64,000 nt of DNA from positions 4,192,001-4,256,000 of the forward strand of contig OZ240245.1 of NCBI GenBank assembly GCA_965198175.1, in the 5' to 3' direction. How positions within the stretch are numbered: the first letter of the stretch is position 1; the number at the start of each line of letters is the position of its first letter. A program made the translations under genes and the position numbers. The notes under the pieces are model-generated. The model was not told where the DNA came from and did no database searches. It saw nothing but the letters and a program-made list of their open reading frames with translations. Positions 21,787 to 31,824 of this stretch are shown here, piece by piece. Source of the DNA: Candidatus Poribacteria bacterium. Its GTDB lineage: Bacteria > Poribacteria > WGA-4E > PCPOR2b.

Positions 21787-22199
21787 CAATTGAGGAAATT
21801 CTAGATATTGCCGCAGGGCATGTAGGTCGCTATCAGTTGTTGAAGGAAAGCCAGTTACACTATTTGGTTGAAATCGTTGGTAAAAGAATAGGCGACACAA
21901 AGCTGTTTCCGACTTTGCCGCAAAAAGCCGCTGTATATGCCCATCACATTATTACTGGACATATATTTTTGGACGGTAATAAACGTATTGGCATCAATTG
22001 TGCACTCTCATTTTTAGTTTTGAATGGTCGTATTCCAAATCTCAGGATTGATGATTCGATTATTGAGCTTGGCTTTAAGGTTGCAGACGGGACAACAACC
22101 GATCTTGAGGAAATCGCCGACTATATGCGATTATGGATTCAGCGACAGACAGATGAATCTGTGTTTACACCACCCCAGGTAATTTCTGACAGTCTGTGA
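21756..22199 (+). CDS. Death-on-curing (Doc/Fic) family toxin
   Basis: RYLTIEEIL N-terminus, FPTLPQKAA and the Fic motif HIFLDGNKRIG. Confidence 0.85.
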   Translation: MENSRRTRYLTIEEILDIAAGHVGRYQLLKESQLHYLVEIVGKRIGDTKLFPTLPQKAAVYAHHIITGHIFLDGNKRIGINCALSFLVLNGRIPNLRIDDSIIELGFKVADGTTTDLEEIADYMRLWIQRQTDESVFTPPQVISDSL

Positions 22200-22532
22200 T
22201 TCAGACAGTTGTACGGATGAATTCCTCGAAGAAATCTTCCTCGAAATCTTCATCGTGGATAGCCGGTGCACCGCTACGCTTGGATAGACACATCCAAGCG
22301 ATTGTGAAATTTAACCACCAACTCTGCATCAGCGTGCAGGACAAAAGGTAATTCGTGTAACAAAGAAATGGTTTAAAGTCCTCTGAAAGACATCGCCGCA
22401 ATCTTGACGTCCCTACAGGCTTGAATAATGACACACTAAGGTGTTCCCTTCACGATGAAAAAGAGAAATTGCCGCGATGAAAACCTGATTCCCGTTTTTA
22501 CGAAACGAACCCAATCGCGATGGAGTTTTTTC

Positions 22533-22577
22533 AATCCGTGTCATCTGTATAATCCGTGACAATCCGCGATTCAGACA
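22533..22577 (+). repeat. AATCC-periodic half-repeat
   Basis: AATCCGTGTCATCTGTATAATCCGTGACAATCCGCGATTCAGACA; a degenerate copy also overlaps the Doc stop (22181-22207). Confidence 0.7.
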
Positions 22578-22792
22578 ATTGCGCTCGACGGCGAGGGAGG
22601 GAAGAATGGCGTAGGATTAAATCAAATCTGTCAAATTTTGTCAAGTTTTGTCAAATTTGGATTTCTGAGTTTTTGTCTCTATTCTTATCTTCTGGCTCCG
22701 TTGAAATATCAACAGAACCCTAGTGACAACGGCAAAATCCACTTGGACAACCGTGTCCACTCCGTATCTTTTTGGTGTGGAGAACTTTTCTC

Positions 22793-22822
22793 TTGAAATG
22801 AGTAACACCGCTACAGTATAAT
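22793..22822 (+). promoter_or_regulatory. sigma70-type promoter
   Basis: TTGAAA-18bp-TATAAT. Confidence 0.55.
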
Positions 22823-22843
22823 TTAAGTGTTGCTCACAAGGGA

Positions 22844-22934
22844 GCCTCCAGTCCGCGGGAAGGGTCCAACCTGCCTTAATTCCATTTCAATGAATTCAAC
22901 CTTCTTTCTTTGCTTGTGAATGCGGACAACAGGC
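22844..22934 (+). ncRNA. Putative structured 5' leader RNA
   Basis: GCCT/AGGC and GTCCGC/GCGGAC long-range pairings between the promoter and the RBS. Confidence 0.35.
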
Positions 22935-22958
22935 ACAACGATGAGAGAGGAGGTTCTC

Positions 22959-24468
22959 ATGCGACAAAAGCAATTCCCTCCCAATCCAAACCTCGAACAC
23001 CTAAAGTCCCAAGCGAAGAAGTTACTTAAAGCCTACCGAGGCGGTTCGGTTGATGCCATTGACCGTATTCGTTCTTTTTTCCCAAGACTCTCCAATGCCA
23101 CCGGCGCAGAAATCCAACAAGCCGAATTCTGCTTGCAAGATGCGCAGTTAGTTATTGCCCGTGAATACGGGTTTGAAAATTGGTCGCAGCTAAAAGAACG
23201 GGTGATACACCTGGGTCAAAACACAGAGGAGGATACCGCCAAAGAAATCCTGTTTAAGATAATCCGTGCCGCGGATATTGATGAAGCGGATATCAACAAG
23301 GTGAAGGCACTGATTGCCGCTGATTCATCGCTCATTTCAGCCAAAGATGATAAGGGCAGAACGCCGGTCGAGGCGCTGGCAACAACCCAAAGCATCATAA
23401 GTGTCATAGCAAGTCAACCTCGAGGGACGATATATAATCTCCTAATGGAGCAGGGGGCGAAACCTGACTTTATCACTGCAATTGCTATGAACGATATTGC
23501 TCGGGTTACACAACTCATTGATGCTAACCCCCAGTTGGTCAGACAACGATTTAACATTCCTGGTCCGTGGGTAGGGCGTCAATCCGCTTGCCATCGCTGC
23601 GGGCTACGCTCGGACAGAGATAGCCAAACTGCTGATTGAAGCTGACTCATCGCTCGTCAACTCTAAGGAGGACAAAGGCAAGTCCCCTTTGGATTTACTG
23701 GTGAAGCCTTGGCACCACTCCGCATTTGAATCGGAGCCGCGAAAACCAATTTACGACCTCCTGATTGAAAACGGTGGAACCCCCGATTTGTGCCACGCGA
23801 TCATAATGAACGATATCGCTAGGGTCATGCGACTCATCACCGCTAACCCTCAATTGCTTGAACAACAGTTTGTCTGCGGCAATCGGATTAAGTTTCGACC
23901 GCTGGCAATTGCTGCTGCTTATGGGCGAACAGAAATTCTCGATTTGCTATTTTCTACTGCAGCGGAGATGCAAATTGATGTTCAGGAAGATTTAGACGAA
24001 GGTCTAAATTCAACCTTCAATTTGAGCGTAACAGAGTGGTTAATTAAAACCCTCAAGCCAACTCCCAAGGTACTGGAAAGACCTCTTGCCTTTGCATGTG
24101 AGGTTTACCAACCCGAAAAGGTGCGCCTGTTGCTTGAGAATGGCGCAGACCCAAATGCGCGTGTAAAAGCAAAGTTTCATTATGATGTCGTCCAGAACCT
24201 CAAGCCAAGTGAATATCAGATGTCCCCTCTACTCATAGCGATTGGTACCTGGTATGGGGTAAGAGGCGGCGCTGTCGACGAATGCCTACAAATCGTTGAG
24301 GCACTCATCGAAAGCGGAGCAGATTTGAGCCAGAAATACACGGTAGACATTGCCGGTGAGATTGCAGAAGTCACGGTGTTGGATTATACGCGAAAGCTAG
24401 CTACCCTTTTCCCGGATAAACCTTTTGATATTGTAATCGAAGTTCTACAAAAGTATGATGTAATTTAA
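22959..24468 (+). pseudogene. Ankyrin-repeat protein with a PNLEHLKxQAK…AREYGF N-terminal domain, frameshifted near 23575
   Basis: Ankyrin sequence continues in the +1 frame (GVNPLAIAAGYARTEIAKLLIEADSSLV) into ORF 23689-24468. Confidence 0.8.
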
Positions 24469-24756
24469 TCGTGGTTCAAGGGGACTGCGATTTAGGATGA
24501 CGTCTAATTCTGGCTTGAATTGACGATTATGCGATACTGACCTCCAGTCATCCCACGCGATAAGCAGAGGGGATTCTTGTTGCTTTATTCTCGAAACGAA
24601 AAAATGCGAACAATTTAGGTTTTCCTTTGTCTAACTAGCGTGTTTTAACCGGTGTCTTCATTATGCCTAAGTGAGATTTGGATTGCACATCATACCTCAC
24701 TTAGGCTATATTATTGCGGCACTGCAAATATTAAAACGAAAACTCCATACGAGAAT

Positions 24757-27255
24757 ATGAAACCGAAAGCCTTCATCCCGCAGATACTCGCGTTCACCCT
24801 GTTAGTTGGACTTTTCTTCGTCCCAACCATACACGCTAGCGAAACCAAGGTCTCTGAAGCAGATTTGAAGCGATTTGACGCCGATGGCGATGGTACACTC
24901 AGCGAAGCAGAAGGTGATTTAATGCTTGAGACAATTGCCTTCGAGGCTTTCTTGGGTCAGGATTTAAACCCTGAAAATCTCAGACAGATGCAGCGTGAAC
25001 GGCGTTTTGGAGGTCCTGGTGGATTCGGCTTTGGCGGTCGAATGGGACCAAGGCGAGCTGAGATGATTGTCGAGCGTTTTGACAACGATAAAGACGGAAA
25101 ATTAAACGACGAAGAACGAAAAGCCGCACGGAGCTATATTCTGAAAAGTCGGGGCGAAACCAGTCTCGCTCGTCCCTCTGGTCGGACCTCCCCCAGCACA
25201 ACACTCGACATGGATATGCAGATGAGCCGCACCGCTGCATCGAAAGGCGAACCCCATCTCTATGACGCAAAAACACTTCGCACGCTCTACCTTCAATTCC
25301 ACAATGAAGACTGGTATGAGCAACTCAGCGATTTTTATCGAACCGATGTCAATCTACCCGCAGATTTAATCGTTGATGGAAAGGTCTTTCGGTCAGTCGG
25401 CGTCCGTTTTCGCGGCAGTTCATCCTATTTCGGCATTCGCGGCTCAGAGAAAAAATCGCTCAACATCGCCGTTGACTACGGTGACGGCAATCAGCGCCTT
25501 TACGGTTACAAGACACTCAATCTACTCAACGGTCATGCTGATCCCTCCTTTCTCCGTGAGGTGCTTTTTTCACGGATTGCTCAGAACTATATTCCTACCC
25601 CAAAGGCGAATTTTGTCAAGCTGATGATTAACGGGGAAAGCTGGGGAATCTACATCAACAGCCAGCAATTCAACAAGGACTTCCTCGATGAATGGTTCGG
25701 AACGAAAAGTGGCGTTCGCTGGAAAGTGCCGCCCAGTCGTGAAGGCGGGCTTATCTATAGTGGGGAAGAACCTGCCCCCTATCAGCGAGCCTATCAACTC
25801 AAAACAAACAACGCCCCAAATGCCTGGAAAGAACTTATCGCGCTGTGCGAAACGCTTGACAAAACGCCCGACGAGCAACTAGAAGACGAGCTTTCTCGGA
25901 TATTCAACATCGACCGGGCGCTGTGGTTTCTCGCACTGGAAAATGTGTTCATCGACAATGACGGTTATTTCAGCCGCGCGAGCGATTACGCAATCTATCA
26001 GGATCCTTTGGGACGCTTTCACCTCTTGCCGCAAGACAGTAACGAGACATTTCGTTATGCCGGAGGCGGCGGTCCTAACTCCTGGGACAGCGATGGTCCG
26101 ATGCTATCTCCCGTCGCTCAGGAGTCCGATGAGATGCGACCGGTGATTCACCGCCTGCTCTCCATTCCGCACCTGCGAGCGCGTTATGTGGCGCACATCC
26201 GCACCATTGTGGACGAATGGCTCGATTGGGATGTGCTCGCACCCATCATCGAAGAATATCAATCCCTAATCCACGCCGAAGTCAAAGCCGACGATAAAAA
26301 GCTCTATTCCTACGAGGTGTTTGCCACCATCCACATTAAAGATCAGAGCCGTGGCGGTCAGTTCGGTCCGCCGGGCGGATTTGGAGTTCAAGGCGGGCGC
26401 CGTGGCAGGGGTCCGGGGGTGACTCCAAGTTTCAAACGATTTGTAGAGGAACGGCGGGAGTTCCTGCTCAATCATACTGAAATCAACAGCTCAGCGGCAT
26501 CAATTCAATCCGTTTCTCAGCCAGGCAATCCGCTGGCAAATCGTCCCGTGCAAATTACAGCCGAGATTGGCGCAGATGTCAAGATTGACGCTGTCATCCT
26601 GTATTACGCTGTCGGTCGATTGGCACCGTTTGAGAGCGTTCCGATGTTCGGAAACGGAAGCGCTTACACGGGCGAAATACCCGCCACTCCTGCGGGAACA
26701 GAAGTGCGTTATTACATTGAAGCGCGTACGCTTGAATCAAACGGAACAACCACGTTTTCGCCCGCCAAGGCGGAATTTGGAGCGCTGACCTACCGCGTAA
26801 GTGCCCCTGTTGCCGAAAGCACTCTGATTGTTATTAACGAACTGATGCCGAACAACACGAAGAGTATCACCGACCCGCAGGGCGAACACGACGACTGGAT
26901 TGAATTGCACAACCTCAGTGATGATGAAGGAAATCTCTCGAACATGTTTCTGAGCGACAATGCAAACAACCCGAGAAAATGGGCGTTTCCCGAAAACACC
27001 TTCCTGCCGCCTCACGGCTACCTGATTGTTTGGGCTGATGAAGACAGCAAAGACCGACCAGGGCTTCACGCTAATTTCAAACTCTCAAGGCGCGGGGAAA
27101 TCGTCATGCTTATTGACACCGATGCGCGGGGGAATCAGATACTTTCTTCCGTTGATTACGGCGAACAAAAGAAAGATGTTGCACTCGGCAGATTTCCCGA
27201 TGGGACTGGGGATTTCAAGCTATTACCGATGACCCCGGGAAAACGGAATCATTAA
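24757..27255 (+). CDS. CotH kinase family protein with EF-hands and a C-terminal lamin-tail domain
   Basis: FDADGDGTLS and FDNDKDGKLN; VGVRFRGSSS and DPSFLRE; INELMP…DWIELHN. Confidence 0.85.
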   Translation: MKPKAFIPQILAFTLLVGLFFVPTIHASETKVSEADLKRFDADGDGTLSEAEGDLMLETIAFEAFLGQDLNPENLRQMQRERRFGGPGGFGFGGRMGPRRAEMIVERFDNDKDGKLNDEERKAARSYILKSRGETSLARPSGRTSPSTTLDMDMQMSRTAASKGEPHLYDAKTLRTLYLQFHNEDWYEQLSDFYRTDVNLPADLIVDGKVFRSVGVRFRGSSSYFGIRGSEKKSLNIAVDYGDGNQRLYGYKTLNLLNGHADPSFLREVLFSRIAQNYIPTPKANFVKLMINGESWGIYINSQQFNKDFLDEWFGTKSGVRWKVPPSREGGLIYSGEEPAPYQRAYQLKTNNAPNAWKELIALCETLDKTPDEQLEDELSRIFNIDRALWFLALENVFIDNDGYFSRASDYAIYQDPLGRFHLLPQDSNETFRYAGGGGPNSWDSDGPMLSPVAQESDEMRPVIHRLLSIPHLRARYVAHIRTIVDEWLDWDVLAPIIEEYQSLIHAEVKADDKKLYSYEVFATIHIKDQSRGGQFGPPGGFGVQGGRRGRGPGVTPSFKRFVEERREFLLNHTEINSSAASIQSVSQPGNPLANRPVQITAEIGADVKIDAVILYYAVGRLAPFESVPMFGNGSAYTGEIPATPAGTEVRYYIEARTLESNGTTTFSPAKAEFGALTYRVSAPVAESTLIVINELMPNNTKSITDPQGEHDDWIELHNLSDDEGNLSNMFLSDNANNPRKWAFPENTFLPPHGYLIVWADEDSKDRPGLHANFKLSRRGEIVMLIDTDARGNQILSSVDYGEQKKDVALGRFPDGTGDFKLLPMTPGKRNH

Positions 27256-27441
27256 CCGCAAAAAAAATGGGCAGACCGATGGATTATTTCAAGAGTTGAA
27301 TGTCTCATATTCTGAGGCAATAACTACTGTAGCAGGAACATCCGCGTCTACATAATCGGGGCTCGGAAGCGCTTCGTACAAAAAAAAAGTGTCAATACTT
27401 AGCCGGCGTTGTACTAACCTCTAAGAAAAGGAAAGAGGTCG

Positions 27442-28707
27442 ATGAAATTCAGAAATCTACACATTGTGCTTTTGATGGTTATTACGTGCCTTTGGGCATG
27501 GAACGTGACAACAAGTGCTGAACCTATCGAATCAACAGAAGGTGAATGGCATCAATGGCGCGGTCCGAATCGAGATGGCATCGCGCATGAAACGGGGCTC
27601 CTCACGAACTGGCCCGAGGCGGGACCAAAAGAAGTCTGGCGAATTTCGCTTGGCGAGGGATTCTCTGCCATCTCTATTTCCAATGGTCGCGCATACACAA
27701 TGTACACCGAAGGTGAGGACGAAATCGTTGTGTGCTTCGATGCGAAGACTGGCGAGGAAATCTGGCGCTATCTTGACGACTTCCGCTTTAAAAACCGGCA
27801 GGGCGGCGATGGTCCCCGTTCCACGCCGACTGTTGATGGCGATACGGTCTACGTGCTCAGCGCCTACGGCAGGTTAGTCGCCTTAGATGCGCTCACAGGA
27901 AAGGAACGATGGGATTACGATTTCACCAAGGTGTTTGAGAGCCAAGTGCCCCAACACGGATTCTCCACCTCTCCAGTGGTTGAGGAAAACCTGTTGCTCG
28001 TCGAAGTCGGCGGTACGGAGAATAGAGCGATTATCGCGTTCAATAAGGAAAACGGCGATATCGTATGGAATACCCAAGGCGACTCGCCAGCTTATTCCTC
28101 GCCAATTACCGTTACAATTCACAACATCCGACAGGCTATTTTCTTTACTGCTGACGGTCTTGTGTCCGTATCTCCGCGGGACGGTCAAGTGTATTGGAGA
28201 TATACTTGGCATACCTCCTATAACGTTAATGCCGCCACCCCTATTTTTATCGCACCGGACAAAATATTCATATCCTCCGGCTACGACACGGGCGCTGCGG
28301 TGGTCAAGATAGAAGAAACTGACGGAAAGTTGTCAGTTTCCGAAATCTGGAGGAGTCGTGTTATGAAGAACCACTTTGGATCGTCAATTCTCCATGAAGG
28401 ATATCTGTACGGCTTCGACGACGGCACGCTAAAGTGTATTGAGGCGAACACCGGCGAAGAACAGTGGAGGAAACGCGGATTCCGAAAAGGCTCTCTAATT
28501 TACGCCGACGGTCATCTCATTGTCCTCGGCGAAGGCGGGAATCTCGCGTTAGTTAAAGCGTCCCACACGGAATATATTGAGGTTGCCCAAACACAAATCC
28601 TCAATGGACGGTGTTGGACGGCGCCAAGCGTGTCTAACGGTAAGTTATACCTGAGAAATAATGAGGAATTAATCTGTTTGGACTTGAAGGGGGCAGAACC
28701 CCAATAG
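27442..28707 (+). CDS. PQQ-binding-like beta-propeller protein
   Basis: WHQWRGPNRDG, GPRSTP, AYSSP and WTAPSVSNGKLYLR. Confidence 0.9.
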   Translation: MKFRNLHIVLLMVITCLWAWNVTTSAEPIESTEGEWHQWRGPNRDGIAHETGLLTNWPEAGPKEVWRISLGEGFSAISISNGRAYTMYTEGEDEIVVCFDAKTGEEIWRYLDDFRFKNRQGGDGPRSTPTVDGDTVYVLSAYGRLVALDALTGKERWDYDFTKVFESQVPQHGFSTSPVVEENLLLVEVGGTENRAIIAFNKENGDIVWNTQGDSPAYSSPITVTIHNIRQAIFFTADGLVSVSPRDGQVYWRYTWHTSYNVNAATPIFIAPDKIFISSGYDTGAAVVKIEETDGKLSVSEIWRSRVMKNHFGSSILHEGYLYGFDDGTLKCIEANTGEEQWRKRGFRKGSLIYADGHLIVLGEGGNLALVKASHTEYIEVAQTQILNGRCWTAPSVSNGKLYLRNNEELICLDLKGAEPQ

Positions 28708-28929
28708 CGTCAAGATTGGAGAATCCTCTAGAGCAAACTCAAATTCACTTCCAAACTAGCCAAAGGCCGATACCCGCGAGATTCGCAAGTTGGCAAAGAC
28801 GTTGAACAAGTCGAATAAAGTGGAAATAAAGCATTTTTGCATACGACCGATTTCTACTGGGATTGATTGACTATCCCCATCACTGATGCGAATTGTAGAA
28901 ACGAGGAATCGAAGACAAGTAGAATAAAT

Positions 28930-28958
28930 TTGACTCACAGTGCTGTATATATTATAAT
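28930..28958 (+). promoter_or_regulatory. sigma70-type promoter
   Basis: TTGACT-17bp-TATAAT upstream of the moeB-like gene. Confidence 0.6.
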
Positions 28959-29120
28959 TAACCTTGTCCTAATTGGTCGTTGGTTAGCGTGGAGTTTTCC
29001 GATTAGATTCAAGCAGATGGGTCAACAATGTTTTTCAACTGTGAAAACTAGCAGTCCCCGCAGCCTCATTTGAGATTGGAATAGCGCATCCAAATTACGT
29101 AGTCTCTTGAGGTGACTTAT

Positions 29121-30317
29121 ATGAAATCGTACAGGGAAATCATCGAAGAAACACGGCAGGAAATTCCAGAAGTCAGCATTGAAGAGGTCAAGGCGAAGAA
29201 GGATAACCGTGAACACTTTGTCTTGCTTGATGTACGGGATAACGATGAGTATCGGTCGGGCTACATCCCCGAGGCGTTGTATGTGAGCCGAGGGATGCTT
29301 GAGCTTGATATTGAGGACTTTGTGCCCGATCGGGACGAAAAGATTGTCGTCTACTGCGCAGGCGGGGTTAGATCATTGCTTGCCGCTAAATCCCTCAAAG
29401 AAATGGGGTACACCGACACCGTCTCGATGGCGGGTGGGTATCGGGCTTGGGCGAGCAATGGATACCCAACGGCGAAGGATAAACCGATGACGCCAGAGCA
29501 GTTAGATCGCTATAGTCGTCACTTTATGCTGCGCGAAATCGGGGAAAAAGGACAGGCAAAGCTGTTTGATTCCAAAGTGTTATTTATTGGAGCAGGCGGT
29601 TTGGGATCGCCGGCTGGAATCTACCTCGCAGCTGCCGGTGTTGGCACACTTGGCATCGTCGATTCCGATGCGGTAGAACTCAGCAACCTACAGCGCCAGA
29701 TTCTGCACCGCTCGGAAGCGGTCGGCACTCCAAAGGTACAATCCGCCACAACGACAATCAAAGCCTTGAACCCTGACGCGGAGGTAATTCCTTATCACCT
29801 CCGCCTCGCATCAGACAACATCATGGGAATCATTCAAGACTATGACCTGATTGTCGACGGTTGCGATAATTTCGCAACGCGCTATCTCGTTAATGATGCA
29901 GCGGTACTAACGAATAAAACCATTGTACACGGAAGTATTTTCCAATTTGAAGGACAAGCGACTGTCTTGAAGCCGAATGATGGACCGTGCTATCGCTGCA
30001 TGTTCCCGGCACCGCCGCCACCGGGCATGGTTCCAAGCTGAAGTGAAGCAGGTGTCCTGGGCGTGCTCCCAGGCGTCGTTGGCGTCGTGATGGCAACCGA
30101 AGCGATTAAACTGTTGCTCGGAAAAGGCGATCCACTCATTGGTCGTTTACTGCTTTATGATGCACTCAGCATGCAGTTCCGTGAATTGAAGGTGAATCGG
30201 GATGAGAACTGCCCGATTTGCGGCGAGAATCCAAAGATTACCGAACTCATCTCAGACTACGTTGCGTTCTACGAGACAGATCACACCGAAACAGAGTTAG
30301 CAACTGCTGCGGATTAA
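29121..30317 (+). CDS. moeB: Rhodanese + MoeB/ThiF adenylyltransferase; probable selenoprotein (UGA at 30039-30041)
   Basis: YCAGGVRS, GAGGLG, SNLQRQ, CYRC and CPIC; MVPS*SEAGVLG reads in frame where the family has PSCxEAGVLG. Confidence 0.85.
30056..30073 (+). promoter_or_regulatory. Candidate bacterial SECIS hairpin
   Basis: CCTGGG-CGTGCT-CCCAGG, starting 15 nt after the UGA, with GU in the loop. Confidence 0.55.
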
Positions 30318-30355
30318 CGTATATCACCAGCATCCTACTGATAAGGATAGAATTT

Positions 30356-30598
30356 ATGCTACCCTGTCCAGATTGTAACAATCCGCTCAGGCAGTTCCCA
30401 ATTGAACCGTCCGGAGTTGATCTGCTTAGTTGTGACGGTTGCCAAGTTGTGGTTCTGTATCGCCTCGGTGAGGAATTTGAGCGTGTGGATGATGTGACGT
30501 TCGATGAGCTCGTTGCCGCCTACGGCACCGAATACCCGATAGATGTTGATCCAAATACGGTTACGCTGCCAGAGGCGGTCGTCGAAGCCCTGGCGTAA
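30356..30598 (+). CDS. Small zinc-ribbon-like protein
   Basis: 80 aa with CPDC…CDGC; AAGGA RBS. Confidence 0.6.
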   Translation: MLPCPDCNNPLRQFPIEPSGVDLLSCDGCQVVVLYRLGEEFERVDDVTFDELVAAYGTEYPIDVDPNTVTLPEAVVEALA

Positions 30599-30654
30599 GA
30601 TTCTAAACAATGCGGGAAGATGAACCATCCCAAATGTAACGCGGCCTGCAAGGG

Positions 30655-31518
30655 ATGCTTTCTAAACTCACCCAACCCTTCCGAAAACATCCAGCTTTCA
30701 TACTCCTTTTCCCCGCCCTTTTCTGGCTCATTGTCTTCTTTTTAATCCCCATCGTTTCCATTTTCGTCTATAGTTTTGCGGAACGTGGAACCTATGGCGG
30801 AATCCAGTGGCACTTTACGCTGAAAAACTACGGACAGTCACTGGATCTGCTCTATCTCGGCATTCTCTGGCGTTCGATTTTAACTGGCATCATATCGACT
30901 GGGGTGTGTCTGCTCATCGGTTATCCATTTGCCTACTACCTTGCACGCTATCAACCTCGTGGACGCAATTTGCTGTTATTGCTGGTTGTCGTCCCTTTCT
31001 GGACAAACTTTCTCATTCGTACCTACGCTTGGATTTTAATCTTGCGGACGGAAGGGGTGTTGAATACAATCTTGGGGTCAATCTTTCCGAACGCCCCGAC
31101 TGTAGAGCTACTCAATACCCCAATTGCAGTGCAGGTTGGGCTGATTTATGGATACTTACCCTTCATGATTTTGCCGCTGTATGCCTCATTAGAGAAGCTT
31201 GATCGCACACTGATTGATGCGGCGAAGGATCTCGGCGCAAGTCGCTGGAAGGCATTTATCAATGTTACGTTGCCTTTGAGTATTCCTGGTATCGCCGCCG
31301 GATCAGTGTTAGTATTTATTCCAACGGTCGGCGCATTTATTACCCCCGATCTGCTCGGCGGCGGAAAGGTCGATTATATCGGCAATGTTATTGAACGCCA
31401 GTTCAAAACCGCTCGCGACTGGCCCTTCGGTTCTGCACTCTCCTTTCTGCTAATGGGAATTGTCCTTGTCGCAACGGTAATCTATTTTCGGGCTTTGCAA
31501 GGGCAGGAGGAAACATAG
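30655..31518 (+). CDS. ABC transporter permease (PotB-like, polyamine)
   Basis: PFWTNFLIRTYAW; EAA-like DAAKDLGAS; DWPFGSA. Confidence 0.9.
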   Translation: MLSKLTQPFRKHPAFILLFPALFWLIVFFLIPIVSIFVYSFAERGTYGGIQWHFTLKNYGQSLDLLYLGILWRSILTGIISTGVCLLIGYPFAYYLARYQPRGRNLLLLLVVVPFWTNFLIRTYAWILILRTEGVLNTILGSIFPNAPTVELLNTPIAVQVGLIYGYLPFMILPLYASLEKLDRTLIDAAKDLGASRWKAFINVTLPLSIPGIAAGSVLVFIPTVGAFITPDLLGGGKVDYIGNVIERQFKTARDWPFGSALSFLLMGIVLVATVIYFRALQGQEET

Positions 31519-31824
31519 GGTGGCAAGGGAAGATTGGCGGTAATTTTCCCCACTTCCTACCTTTCGACAATCTTATGATACCCGAAGAAAAAAAACTAAG
31601 TAGAAGCACCTACCAAACTGCTTATCGTTGTCCGCCAGTCTAACTGGGCGAGCCGCTCGTTTCACAATTTTCATCATTAAGCCGAAACAGTGTTCATGGT
31701 CGATTGCCATCATATTCAAAAATCAAATCACGCTCTTTTTCCAAGTAAATAGCCTTTACAAGAAGGAGCGATATGCTGAAGCCATCAATGCCTATGAACA
31801 GTTGGTTTCGATGAAGGAACAGCG

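Noticed and set aside
16278..22577. AATCC repeats as a CRISPR array or a true integron
   Set aside because: No regular repeat-spacer period, no cas genes, no GTTRRRY boxes and no intI.
28960..29110. Riboswitch in the moeB leader
   Set aside because: No Moco, TPP or SAM consensus could be recognised by eye.
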